Origin: Trichodelitschia bisporula
Lineage: Eukaryota
Assembly (NCBI GenBank): GCA_010356995.1
Contig: ML996689.1
Span: 1,320,691-1,384,690 of the forward strand
Reading direction: 5' to 3'
Length of the DNA stretch: 64,000 nt
Shown: piece by piece, positions 11,163 to 23,860 of the stretch
How positions within the stretch are numbered: position 1 is the stretch's first letter
Layout: each line of letters opens with the position of its first letter
The notes under the pieces: generated by a model
Seen by the model: the letters and a program-made list of their open reading frames with translations, nothing else
The model's database searches: none
What the model was told of the DNA's origin: nothing
Position numbers and translations under genes: made by a program

Positions 11163-14100
11163 ATGAGCGAGGCGGAGAAGGCTTCGGGCGGCGAGGTGAG
11201 AACGACATCATCCTTCCACGCCATCCACCAACATCACCCTTCACACCCGGCCATGGCTCGCGCTGTTGGTGAGAACGGTCCTCCGAAGGCCAGTCGCAGC
11301 CAATCCCGTGAGACAAGCCATCCTGCTCCGGGCAGCGCTGGCGGTCTCAACGCCGACCGCTCACGTCGATCGTCGAAAGCAAACATTTCTCTCGACACCT
11401 CTGCTCCTTCAGACATCATCATGGACGACGCCGGCGCTAAGGACCTCTCCGGTCCCGGCATGGCCCCTTACGGGACCCGGTCGCGCAATCGTCCTGGCGT
11501 GGCGCGTCCCAACTACGCCGAGGATGCCGAAATGGAATTCGAACCGACCGCCATGGCTAACGGAGTCCGTGATGGTGAGAAATCCTCACTCGAAAAGTCG
11601 TCCCGCAGCCCCACTGCTCAAGAATTCCATCAGGACTCGCCCCTGCCGCAGTCGAAACGCGCATCGACTTCCTCCACGACTGCCTGGAACGCGTTAAACA
11701 AGGACCCGCCCATTCCCGGTACCTCCAGCTTTGCTGCCAACCCCCAAACCACGTCATCCTCAAACTCGCGCAAGCGAAAGGTAGGCGGCGCAGTCAACAA
11801 CGGGACAGGCTCTCAAGCAACTCGTCCTACAACCCCAGCTGCAATGCCATCATCGACCAGACGCGGTGCGCACACCACGCCCGCTTATTTGCGGGAGACA
11901 AACTTGGTGTCGTTTGAGAAGCATGGTCCGTTCCTCCGGAACGGGTCTCTCACATCTGACGACGGCACCGTGTACTCGGTCAATGGTAAATTTGTGCATC
12001 TTATATCATCTCGTATGTCTTCTAACATGCCTAGATCACGTCTACCTCATATGCGAACCGCCAGGCGAGCCCTACTACATCGGACGGATAATGGAGTTCC
12101 GGCATAAGAAGTCTGACGATCCGAACTCGCCAGTCGACTACATTCGCATAAACTGGGTATATCGCCCACGCGATGTTCAGCGCATGTCAAATGACACGCG
12201 TCTCGTCTACGTGACGATGCACTCGGATTTGTGCCCGTTGACATCCTTGCGGGGCAAAAGCCGCGTGCTCCACAGAGACGAGATCAAGGATTTGGACGAG
12301 TTCAGAAAGGTGCCAGATTCATTCTGGTTCAACCAATGTTTCGATCGTTTTATCCACCGGTGGTACGATGTAATCCCCACATCACTGGTCATAAACGTAC
12401 CCGAGAACGTGAAAAAGGCGTTAGACGAGCGGTGGCGATATGTGGTTGTCGAAACAAGTCGCGTCAAGGAATTGACGAGCGCGGTGAAAAACTGCAAGAC
12501 GTGCTCTGGCTACTGCGCAACGTAAGTCTGCCTCTTATGACGATTTAAATGTCCGAACAACTGATCATTGCAGTGACGATTCCGTGGAGTGTGCCGTATG
12601 TCGCATTACGTACCACATGAATTGCGTTCGTCCTCCGCTTGCGAAGAAGCCATCGAGAGGTTTCGCTTGGGCATGTGCAGCCTGCAACCGCGCGCAAGAG
12701 CGCAAGCTGGAAGCGCGACGTACCCCCCTCGTCGGAGAGCATGGAACGGACGTAGAGGAGGACGAAGTGCTTGAAGAGGAGGAGGAAGACGCTACCGCCG
12801 GACAGGCCACGACTGCTCCGAGTCCATCCGCTGTGGAGGACCGCCCAGCGACTGAAGCTGAGATCGCGCACGCGAAAATGTGGCAGATGCGCTACTTGGG
12901 CATGCATTGCCGCGTCGAGGATGCGTTACAGTATGACGACAGGGCCATCTACCCACGTGCAAGCTCGCGCTTGGGACCTAAGCATCAAGCAAATGTCTCT
13001 GAGTGGTACGGACGGCCAGTGCAGTTGGTCAAGCCCGTCGAAATCAAGAAAAAGTACATCAAAGGCGCAGGGAACAAAAAGGACGCCAAACTTTCCAAGG
13101 AGACGCAGGCGGCGATCGAGGCGGAGAAGGCCGCCCGCGCTGAGCGACCCCCGTACGTTCAGGACGAGCCGCCGGGGTATGTTCATCGCGGGGAAGATTT
13201 CCCAAATGACGATCCTCAAAATACCGCAAAGCTACTCTTCAGCATGGACAAACCTGACGTCACGGCCAATGATGTCGACGATTACATGGCGCGGATTAAA
13301 CGTGTGGCGAAGAATATCGGTGTCTTGCCGTACAGCACAGATTTTATGGATCGCGCCATCTACCTGCTGCACGAGAATCGCTTCGATGCGGAAGCTGCTT
13401 TGAAGCAGCTTGCAAAGACGAATCCTGTCGGCGAGTGGGCGCGCAACCGGCTCGAGGTCCGCAAGGATCTTCGCGACCCCTTACTTGTTCTTTCTCAGGA
13501 CGAGAAGAAGCGCTTTGAAGAAGGAGTAACAAAATACGGCTCGGAACTGCGTCTCGTCCGGCTCCATGTCAAGACCGTTTCGCACGCAGACGTTGTGCGC
13601 TATTGGTACAGTTGGAAGAAAACGAAACGCGGGGAGGCCATCTGGAGTTCGTATGGCGGACGCAAGAACAACTCGAAAAAGCGTGTAGAGAACGATGCGG
13701 CATCCAAGCTTCTTGATGATATCGCCGATAACCAGGACGATTCGGCTTTCGACAGTGCAAAGATCGCTGGGAAGGGCCAGAAGATGCTCTGCAAGTTTTG
13801 CGGAGAAAATAAGTCGAGGTGTTGGAGGCGGGCACCGGGTACCGGGCCAGGACAGGCCATAACCCCCGAAGGCAAAAAGGATAAAGGACCAGCACCCGTG
13901 CTCGGCCTTTGCCAGCGCTGCGCCAGACTTTGGCGGAAATATGCCATCCAGTGGGAACCCATGGATGACGTGACGAAGAAGATTTCGCAAGGTGGAGGTA
14001 AAGCTTGGAAGAGGCGGGTTGATGAAGAGCTGATCCGCGAGTGGACTCTTGAGCGAGAAAGGGCTAACAACCCAGAAGAAGTGGTGGATGAAAACGCGTA

Positions 14101-16263
14101 CACGCCGGTTCAAGCGGTCCAGGAACCCCCCAAGAAGAAGCAGAAGGGTGTGGCTCCTGAGGTCACGCCGAGTGTCGAGGCCATCGTTCACAAGAAGAAA
14201 GCTCCAGCTCCAGCTCCGGCACCTCCACCGCCACCAAAGATGCCCACCCCACAGCCTCCACCAGCTCAGCCAAAGATGCGACAGCTTCCGTGCGCCATTT
14301 GCGACTCCTGCGAGTCGACGAGGGATGAGCTGGTCACTTGTCGTGACTGCCGGCTTGCCGTACATCGCAATTGCTATGGTATCCTGGACGCCCGCAGTGC
14401 TCTTAAGTGGAGCTGTGATCCTTGTGCCAATGACCGCAAAGAGGTGTCTGCCATCAACACGGCAGATCTTGCATCATATGTAAGTTTTTGTACTCCCCTC
14501 CCATGGTCTGACTTAACCAAATATAGCATTACAAGTGTGCCCTCTGCCCTGTGGATTTCGTTGAACAGGATCTTGTGGAACCGCCCAAGATATCCCATAA
14601 GAAGAAGACTGAGCGCGAGCGCGAGCGGGAACGCGTCGAGAAAGAGTTAGCTACGGCCCTCGCAGAATCTTACAAACATAGGCAAAAGGAAAACCACAAG
14701 CCGCTCATGCCGCGCGAGGCGCTCAAGCGGACTACCGACAGGAACTGGGTACACCTCCTGTGCGCCACATGGGCTCCGGAAGTGCGCTTTACCACGCCTC
14801 GGCACTTCGAGTTTTCCGAGGGGATAGCGCTGATCCCCAGTGCGCGCTGGACCCAACAGTGCAAGATCTGCAAGGCTTCGGGCAAGGGTGCATGCGTCAA
14901 CTGCCCGCAATGCAACGCGGGATTCCACGTCGGCTGTGCGCGTCAGGCTGGATACATCTTCGGATTTGACATTGCACCGGTTAAGAGCTCCCGTCGTGAG
15001 GGGATCAGCATCGTCACGCTTGGCTCTGAAACGGGCGTCATGACACCTGGCATCTGGTGTCGGGAGCATACCACCGCGACCAAGACGACTGTCCACCCCA
15101 TTGACGAAGTGGCGGAAAACGGTCTCACAGCGCTGCAAGTGTTCGTCCAGAACTACAAGCAGTCCAAGATCACCTCGACCGGCGCGGCCCGCAAGGCTGA
15201 GTTGTTTGATGAGATAGTCAAAGCCGGATGTCCTGCAAGCGCCCCCAGTGGGAATCGGCGCATATCGGTTGCACACCCCGGACGCGACTTTGAAACGAGG
15301 ACCAATGGCGCACATCGGGATGCAAAACGAGAGTGCGTAATCTGTGGGATCGATGCTTCCGTAAAGTGGTTCGAATACGAGCCGTTGCCTAAAGACCTCA
15401 TTCCAAACGGGGTTAGGCTTTCGTATGTCACCAATGGGGTCAAACACGAAGTCAACAGAGGCTCGCCTATGAACGGGGAACCTGGACACCTGTCCAACGG
15501 CCATGCCACTCCACCGGTTGAGCGATCCAAGGAGGCTGCCGCTGCGGCTCTTGCGTCTCTGGGTGGTGGCGTTGACACTCCTTCGACGCCCAAAGTCTGG
15601 GAGTGTCACCAGTGCCACTATCTCCGGAAGACAAACCCAGAGCTTCTCTTCAAGAAGATGGAGCCCGAGCGTGTTGAGGAGCCTCCGCGTGCTCCCTCCC
15701 CGGATCATCATAGGCACCCAATCCAGCTCTGGAATACGCTCGTCCCGCAAATGCCGCAGCCGCCGCCCCCTCACCACCAGATATGGCAGACTCCCAATTT
15801 TGGCGGCCCCGCCCGCCCCCCGCAGCCGCTACCTCCACCGCACCACCCCGCCTATTCACCGAACATTACCAACCCTCAACCCAACGCTTACCAGGGCCCG
15901 ATGGTGTCTCATCGGCCATACCTCCCGCACTCAGGCCCGCCTCCCCACCATGGTCCGCCTGCCCTTCCACCTCTCCCCGGTCTTCCGAACGGAATGCACC
16001 ACCACGCGCCGATGCACTCTCCCACTCACCCTCCGATGCCGACGCTGGTGCGTGATCACTACCCAGCGCCGCCGGCGCCGATGGGGTACAGTCACCCGGT
16101 TCATCACCACGGTAGTCCAGCACCACCGCAGGGGCTTGTTGGATTGCAGGGGCCGAGACCTTCGACGCCACGAGATGCGATGCCGCCGCAGCCACAGCAG
16201 CAGAATCGGCCTGCACATGGAGCGAGCGCGAGTCCGAATGTGCGGAACATCCTGAACGACTAA
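11163..16263 (+). CDS. SNT2: SNT2-like chromatin protein / E3 ligase (BAH, PHD, ELM2-like, SANT, GATA-like zinc finger, PHD)
   Basis: Introns 11986-12034, 12522-12573, 14480-14526 join four ORFs. BAH (DHVYLICEPPGEPYYIGRIMEF), PHD (CAVCRITYHMNC..WACAAC), SANT (FEEGVTKYGSEL), second PHD (CAICDSC..VHRNCYG..WSCDPC), extended PHD (WVHLLCATW). Confidence 0.92.
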
Positions 16264-17442
16264 GATGCTTGTGTGATGGAGTGACTCGATGGGGGTTGGT
16301 TGTACGGTTATTTGAGATGGATGGGAGTTTGCTGGTGGTGTTATGGAAGTTCGCTGGATCGTGTACATTTGAGCTTATGGCGTCGCGGGGATTTGATGGT
16401 CTTGTTTACGGTGCATATGGTCTGTTTTACAGCAAAGCACGGATGGGGCATCTGAGAACAAAAGCTTGTCTTACTTTTAGTTGGATGGACTTAGGGCTTG
16501 CACGGACAGCAGGCAAGGCAGATTCATTCGGGCGCTCATAGAAGCGTACGCGTATGGTGCGAGCTTGAAGGAGGCACATGGGATTGTACATGTACACTGG
16601 GGCGGGTCGATTATTGTAGTATAGATGAGAGAAAGGACTGTTTGCAAGTCTGCCCTCTGAACCGTATTCATGTGTTTACATGTTTCTTGCTCGGACCGGC
16701 TCCTGCCTTGAGATCCTCTGCCCCGCGAATCCGGCATTTCCAAGTCCGAGATTACAGCCCGCTGAATGTGGGGACGCATGATGTTCTTAATGGCCGGGGC
16801 TGTGCGCCCGAGGGCTTCGAGCCGCGCGGTGCGACCCGCGCCGCCGCAGCTTGAGACGTCAGCCTTACGGGCTAGGGGGTGCGGGTGGGGCTGGTGCTGT
16901 GGCGCGGCGCGGGCGGGTGGGGCGCGGGAAGGGGTAGACGTCACTGCATCAGGGGACTCGGGAGCGCGAAAGCCGGGGAGAACAACGTCAATAATTTTCA
17001 GGTGCCGAAGTTGAGACTGCACAGGCTAGTTATTCTTTTTGTGTTGGCTGTGGGAACTGGAATGCGTTGTTAAGGGAGAGTGCTGGTGGCGATGGTTGGG
17101 TGGCTCAGGGCTCGTCGCGCTGGGCTCCCGATACAAGACGTGTTTCGGCAGTGGCGATCCGGGGCCACAGGCGTTTGAAGGTGCGATTTGGGGCCCGAGT
17201 ACGCGGGAGCAAGGGGCGAGGGGTGCGGTTGCTACTTTATGCTTGGGGGGGCTCTTGGTGTTCTTGGAAGCCGGTTCTTGCTGTTGCTTTCGTTGTGCCT
17301 TCGATGTTGACTGCGTGGTGATCGTGAGGGCTGGTATCTCCGCTTCCTTGACAACACTCACTGCGGTTTGACACCACACCTCCATACTGCGGTATCATTC
17401 TTCTCGCTCTCGCTCTAGAAGAAGTCAATCAACGGTATCACG

Positions 17443-18123
17443 ATGCCGCCCATTAACATCAAGCGCCAGGGCGTGTTCTACACCGCCGGCACCGCGTCGG
17501 GCCAGCCTGATCGATATGTCTACTACGAGCGCAACACCGTAAGCCTCCTCTCCCCTTTCCCCACGCAGACCATCCTTTCGTTCTCGAAGGACCTCCACGC
17601 GGGCCTCCACGCCGTCCGTCACCTGCTCCGGCAGCCCCCAACCACGCAAAGATGCTAATACCCGCGACCAGACATTCTTCATCGTCAAGTGGGCCATCTT
17701 CGGCGGACTCTTCCTCGCCCTAATCGCCTTCCTCGTCATCGCGAACCTGCACGCTCGGCGTCGAGTTCGGCGCGGGCTGGCGCCGCTGGGGTATCACCGC
17801 GTATGTTCCCAACCCTTACCTTCCCCGGCTTCTCCGCTCGTTACAAACGGTGAGACTGATGGGCGCAGTGGCTGCTTCCCGCTTCCATGCGCGCTCGCTT
17901 CCCAAAGCCTGGCACCTACCGCCAGAACAACGCCGCGTACTACGCGCCCCCGTCGACGTACGCCCCGGCGCATCCAACTGGAGGCGTGCCGTATGTGGTG
18001 TCGTATGTCGAGCCGCCACCTGGTAAGCGATTCTTTTCGTAATGGTGGTGCTGAGGCTGATTGGCAGTCTACTCGAATGATATGCCGCCCGTGTATCAGC
18101 CGCCGGGCAAGCGGGATGGGTAG
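17443..18123 (+). CDS. RCR-family (Congo red resistance / chitin synthesis regulation) single-pass membrane protein with PY motifs
   Basis: Exons 17443-17538, 17672-17800, 17869-18022, 18068-18123. One hydrophobic helix (WAIFGGLFLALIAFLVIA), then HARRRVRRGLAPLGYHRWL, then EPPPVY and MPPVY. Not recovered as one ORF by the track. Confidence 0.8.
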
Positions 18124-18499
18124 AGTCTAGATGAAGGATTCGTGGATGGTGACGCTCGCTGCTGCTGCCCGACGACCGTGTATCCGTAGATGAGGGATTA
18201 AGATATGGGCATGGGGTCGGCGTTCTGTTTTTCGGGAGTCCGGCGTATGTTTAGATGTTGCAAGATATCCATCAATTCACAACAGTTCTGATCTTTGACG
18301 CGTAAAGGTGGCTTCTCTCTGACCGTTCGCCGTGAGAATCTGATCCACGACTTGGTGAAAGTCCTTGCTATCCGACCTGTGAAGTCCGAACAGCATATCT
18401 AGTGAAGCTATTTGGTCAACAGAGTCACCTATGCCCAAGCATGGTGGGCTCATATCAGCATATCCGCATCATGATGCTTGGGACGATGTTATCGTTGTC

Positions 18500-19218
18500 T
18501 CATCTCCTTACTGTAACCTGGGGACTCCAAGGTTTCGGTACATCCCTCTCGTCAGTCTGCTGATGCTTCTTCCACGGCGCTTCCGTCTCCTCCACCTTAT
18601 GACCCTTCTCAGGCGCAGGCGGGGTATCCGCCTTAACTTCCTCCGCAGCCTCCACAGCCTCATCTTGCGCAACGACGTGATTCTTCACGCCCTCCATTTT
18701 CACCGCCTCCGTCGTCCTCTCATCTCCCGGCCCAGCAGCCAGCTTCGCCCCCGGAAGCGCCATCTGCATAACCGGCGGATCCCTAGCCGAAGGCAGGGAC
18801 TTCCAGCGCGCATCAGCTGCCGCGACCAGGTGCTTGAGATTCTCCAGCCGGACGAGGTCTTGCTGCTGCTCGTGGACGGAGGGGGGATCCGCGCGCGTGT
18901 GCCGGAGCCACTGGACCCATTGTGCTGGGGGATGTTACTATACGAAAAGAAGGACGGGAATGGGAGACTGACGCGCTAGTTTGACGTCGGCGTAGTGTGC
19001 TTTGGGATCGTAGTGCACTATGCGCCGGACGCGCCCGATGTTGATTTGGTCGCGGAATTCCCAGAAGGTGTTACCGGAGAGGTCGGAGCCTGTGGGTTGT
19101 CAGTTTTTTGGGGGTTATACGGCGAGGGATAGGATGATTGCCGACCGACTAGCCACTTCTTCCGCCAAGGGAGTTGGAGACTCTTCCACCTTAACCATAA
19201 TTGCTTAATCGGACCCAT
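18500..19218 (-). CDS. NDUFA12-family protein (complex I assembly factor NDUFAF2-like)
   Basis: Two introns (19090-19145 and ~18925-18972) give WKSLQLPWRKKWLVGSDLSGNTFWEF..RRIVHY..PQWVQWLRHTRADPPS. Confidence 0.82.
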
Positions 19219-19727
19219 TGCGATTGTGTCAGATCCGTAAGGAGGAACGAGAAAATCGAAGGTTGTCGGTCGTAGGAATCATGACGAAAGGGTGGCTGGA
19301 GCTTTCCGTATCGTGGCGCTCCCGTCCTCTAATCGATTAGAGTTTAATAAGGTGGCGCAGCAGCAGAAAATAGAGCGGATTCGTCACTTTCCTGCCCCCA
19401 CCACCCGGTCCATCTGCCTTTCCGCTGTCCCTCCGCCCAACCCCATCGAAGACATTCGCTTCTCTTCCACATGTACCTTTACCCTACACCACCTAGTATT
19501 CACCTACATCGACCTTAACCTCTGTCTTTGTACACAGCTTCACCTTCCGTCACATCGCTCGACTTCCACCTGTTTGTAAATTGGCCTCTCTCTCGCAACA
19601 GACGCGGACTCCGGCGCGACCGGTCCACGTCATACCGGAATCTGATTGTTGCTGCGCGCAACCTCTATTTTGCATCCACGCGACCGTACAAAGATCCCGC
19701 AAACCCTCTGCAATCGATACTTCGACC

Positions 19728-21880
19728 ATGGCGTCGGTTACTTCGTTAGACCAGGACATGAAGGCGTTGCGCTTGTCCCGCTACACGCCCAAGGCCGCGA
19801 ATGAGGTCCGGGCCTGGATCGAGGATGCTCTCGGGGAGAATTTGCCTCAAAAGGACCTCTTGGAGCTGCTCAAGGACGGCACCATCCTGTGCAGGTGCGT
19901 ACCGTAGTGACCTGTCCGTAGACTTATACTGATCTGAGTTTCAGGCTCGTCAATAACGTGCTTCCCCCTCCCGGAGTCCGGTTCAAGAACTCCAAAATGC
20001 CCTTCATGCAGATGGAAAACATCTCGCACTTCCTTGCCGCCTGCGAGCGTCCGCCGCTGAACCTCCCCGCGCACGACCGCTTCCTCACCGTCGATCTCTA
20101 CGAGCAGAAGGACCCCGCACAGGTCTTACAGTGTATCAGTGCTTTCAGCCGCGTCGCATATTCTTTAAATCCGTCGCGCTTTCCCGAGCCGATCGGACCG
20201 AAGCGTGGTGGTGCGATGAGTCCGTCAGTAACTGGTTCGATGAGCTCGAGTGCCTTTGCGCGCAATCGCAAGCTCAGTAGCGCAAGCTCTGTGCCTTCGG
20301 TCAACTCCTTTGCCCCGCCTCCCGTTGCGAGGACAATGTCCCCTATGCGGACTGGAGGATCGACCGGGTCGGAATCTAGAATGTCGCCTGCGCCCATAAG
20401 TTCTTGGAGCAAGAAGAGTGATGAAGGGGTCACGGCGCCCGCATGGAACATCGCTCAATACGGTATAACACAGTTCGATTTCATCAGTCACTAACTAACA
20501 CATTTAGGTTACATGGGTGGCGCCAGCCAGGGCAACCAAGGCATTGCCTTCGGTGGCCGTCGTCAGATCACAAGCCCCGGCCCGAACGTCCCCAGCTTCG
20601 CCGAAAAAGAGCGCAAGCGAAAGTTAGAAGCCGAGCGCCAGCGCGCCGAAGTCGAAGCCCTTGAGCAGCAGCTCCGGCTAAACGAAGAGCGCGCACAGCG
20701 CGAAGAAGAACAACGCTGGGAAGAAGAAGCGCGCCGTGCCCGCGAAGAGGAAAAGCAGCGCGTAGAGCAACAGAAGCGCGAATGGGAAGAACAAGAGCAG
20801 CAATGGAAAGCCGAAGAAGAGGCCCGCCAACGCGAGGATAAGGACCTGCAGGGCCGCCTTCAGTCCCGCAAGCGCACCGACGTCGAGCTCAAGGGCCAAT
20901 TTCTCAGCCAGTACAAGCAGGACCGCAGCCGCCAGAGCAGTTTTAATGATCCTGTGCGCCAGGCCGAGCGCGAGCGCGTCCGCGATCTCGAGCGTCAGCT
21001 GGAAGAGGCCAAGGAGCGCGAGCGCTTGTATCTCCAGGAGCGCGAGGGCCGCCCGTCCCGCGACGAAGGCAAGGCGGATCGGAAGGCCCGCTCCCGCTCC
21101 CGCTCTAAGGCGCCCCCGCCCCCTCGCGAGCCGAGCCCACAGGAGAGCAACGTATCCTGGGTCGGCAACGAGCAGGAGTATCTCCGCCAGCAATGGGCCG
21201 AGCAGCAAGCTCGCAAAGCAGCACGCACCGCCTCGCCCCAGCGCCCCCTCCCCAACCCCGCCGACGCCGCGCCCTCCCTCCCGTCGCGCCCGCTCCCCGA
21301 CCCGACAACCCCGAAAGCCGCAACCGCATCCCCCGCCCGGCCCCTCCCCACCCCGAGCTCAAACACGAGCACCACGCCCCGGCCCCTCCCCACGCCCACG
21401 ACCTCCTCCTCCTCCGTGCCCCGCCCCCTGCCCGACCCCCTCGCCTACGCGAGGAAGACACCGACTTCCGCCGGCCCGCCCTCGCGCGTCGACACCTTCC
21501 TGTCTCAAAACCCAGCCCCCGCACCGCGGACACCCACGCAGCACTACCCTGCCGAACTCGGGCTCACGTCGTCTGCCGAGCAACGCTCCGAAGACGCGCG
21601 GCGTGCGCAGAGCCAGGTGAAGACCAAGGCCGGCGGGTGGGCGAGCAAGAGTCTGCTTGAAAAGGAGATGGAGCGCGAGCGCGAGCGGCAGCGTGAGTGG
21701 GAGGAGGCGCAGCGGGCGCAGCTTGCTGCTGAGCGGGATGAGAGTCAGGGTGCCCAGCCGGGGAAGAGTTGGGATGTTAATCAGTATGGGTATCTTGGGG
21801 GGGATAGTCAGAATCGTGGGGATAAGGGGATTGGGTTTGGGGGGAGGAGGCAGATTATTGGGCCGAGGCCGAGGCCGTAG
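19728..21880 (+). CDS. Calponin-homology (Scp1/transgelin-like) actin-binding protein with long coiled-coil and proline-rich extension
   Basis: Introns 19895-19944 and 20463-20507. CH domain (LLELLKDGTILCRLVN, FMQMENISHFL, FLTVDLYEQKD). Two calponin-like repeats YGYxGGxSQ..FGGRRQI. Confidence 0.88.
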
Positions 21881-22162
21881 GGTTGAGGTAGCGTTTTGAG
21901 AAGAGGATTGGTTCGAGGGGGCAAGTGGGCGTCGAGAGCGGGGGGGTTAGATGGTTAGGGATACCCTGAGTACTTGTTTTGAGGATTGATGCGCCGTCTT
22001 CATTCTGTATGTGTTCTATTCAACTACCACGCATGCCGAGCAGCCTCCCCCATCGCCCGCCTCCCGCTATCGGCCGCAGCCGCGGCCATGACCACTCATT
22101 CCCGTCCCACCTCCAGGGCACCGGCTCGGCAGCTAGCCGCACGGTCCAGACGTTCTGTAGGC

Positions 22163-22315
22163 GATCGAGATCCCCGAGGGGGCAGATCGCGATCCAGCGC
22201 CCGATCTTGCAGATGTTCGATCTGAGATCATCGGGCGGGTGTGGGGGGCTGGCTAGATCTACGATGCAAGATCGCGCTGTCTCGATGCAAGATCGGGCCA
22301 TCTAGATGCACGATC
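22163..22315. promoter_or_regulatory. Dense GATC cluster with phased CGATGCAAGATCG repeats; candidate GATA-factor element
   Basis: 11 GATC in 153 bp. The repeats are directly visible; regulatory function is inferred. Confidence 0.45.
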
Positions 22316-23860
22316 TGTCCCTTGCACGATGGCTTGTTTGACGGGTCTCTGATTCCTAGGCTGCGGGTTGCTATGGGGATGCTCTTATGCCTCATGATAG
22401 CCTCATGATAGCCTCACGCGCTCCAGAGCGGCGGGGACATAAGAAAGGCATCCATCGAGTAGAAACCGTCCATTTCCAGGCCCGGAGTCACAAGATGGGG
22501 AGCACTTCGGCAGGCCGGTCCCTGATCCTGATACCACCCATCAACCCCCTCACCTCCCCCCCATATCGCGAACAACAAGTCGAAGAACGCATCAGCGTCG
22601 ACCCAAAGCCTCCAACCGTTCCAAATCCCGGCGCCGAAAGCGTTCCTTCGAGGTCCCAATCCTCCTCTTGCCGCACAATCCGGCAGTCCTCCTGCCCCGT
22701 CCTACACCCAGACCACACCCTCCAGCATCTGCTCCACCGCTGCGCCGGTCGTCGTCCGTTTTCAGGGCGTCGTTCCGCGTGCCGCGCGCGATGTTGCGTG
22801 AGGAGTGTGCGGCTGCTGCTCGTGGCATTGCCGCTGCTGCTATCGAGACGATCCACCGCCGATTCTGCCGAGCCTCAGAATCGAGGATCGTTGAAGCGTT
22901 GTCGGTAGGCACAATGTCGTGCTAATCGGGTCGGCGCGCGAGTCCAGAGCTGTTCGTGCCTTTTGAGATAAAGATGAATACGTCAAGAAAGTATGCGGCC
23001 TTCGTTGTGAGGAAATTGACCTGGAGAAGCCGCTTCAGATATGCCGTTTAGAGTGTCGTCGTAGAGAACGCTGTTGTGTGGACATCATCCCGCGGATATT
23101 GCTGGGACCGATATCTCAAGCCCGAATCGGACAGTGTGCCCCAAAACCGCGGTTCGAAGTCCGGGTCCAGACCCACAGTGCGTAGCAAGCCCTGCATGGA
23201 ACGCGTGGCGGGTCTCCTCTTTGACGATAGATGCTCGAGGACAGCCCTTCGACAAACAAACCTGAACCATATACGCCTTCCTCCAAACTCGTATCACTGT
23301 CTCTGAACAAGAACAAGTTCGCATCACGATCTCTTCTCGAGCAACAAGAAAACTTGTATCATGGCCTTTCTGATGCGCAAGGAGATCATCGCACCATATC
23401 GTACTTTTACAGACGAGAATCCTTTCCTTTGACTGGTCCCTTGCGCACACCTTGAGTCTACGAAGCTCATCGAACGAACTCAAAGCAGTGTACTTTTCAC
23501 ACGGCGAACACACCATACAAGTCTGACCAAAAACAGATGAAAGAGCTGCGCGAACTGAAACAAGAACAAGCGTCATCGATCATCTCCCATTCTTATACTC
23601 GTAACCGGGTATCATCTTTGGGGTTTCGTAGCGACCGTCCGTAAGGTACTTCCATGGCCTTGAGGACCCATCAAATAACAGAAAATCGCAACAGGTAAAG
23701 CGCAAATGTCGTGAGATGAGGTTGTCGTCGCGCTTTCATACGAATCCCCGAAAGACGACACTTCCAGACAAAAAAGAACCCCGACCTTACCGAAAAGCCG
23801 CCGAGTCGGTGGGATTATGACTCAGAGAACCAAGGACGCGGAGACGATAGCCAGTGGTGT

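Noticed and set aside
13481..15777. Long antisense ORFs over SNT2 (and similar ones over other genes)
   Set aside because: Shadow ORFs expected opposite GC-rich coding sequence.
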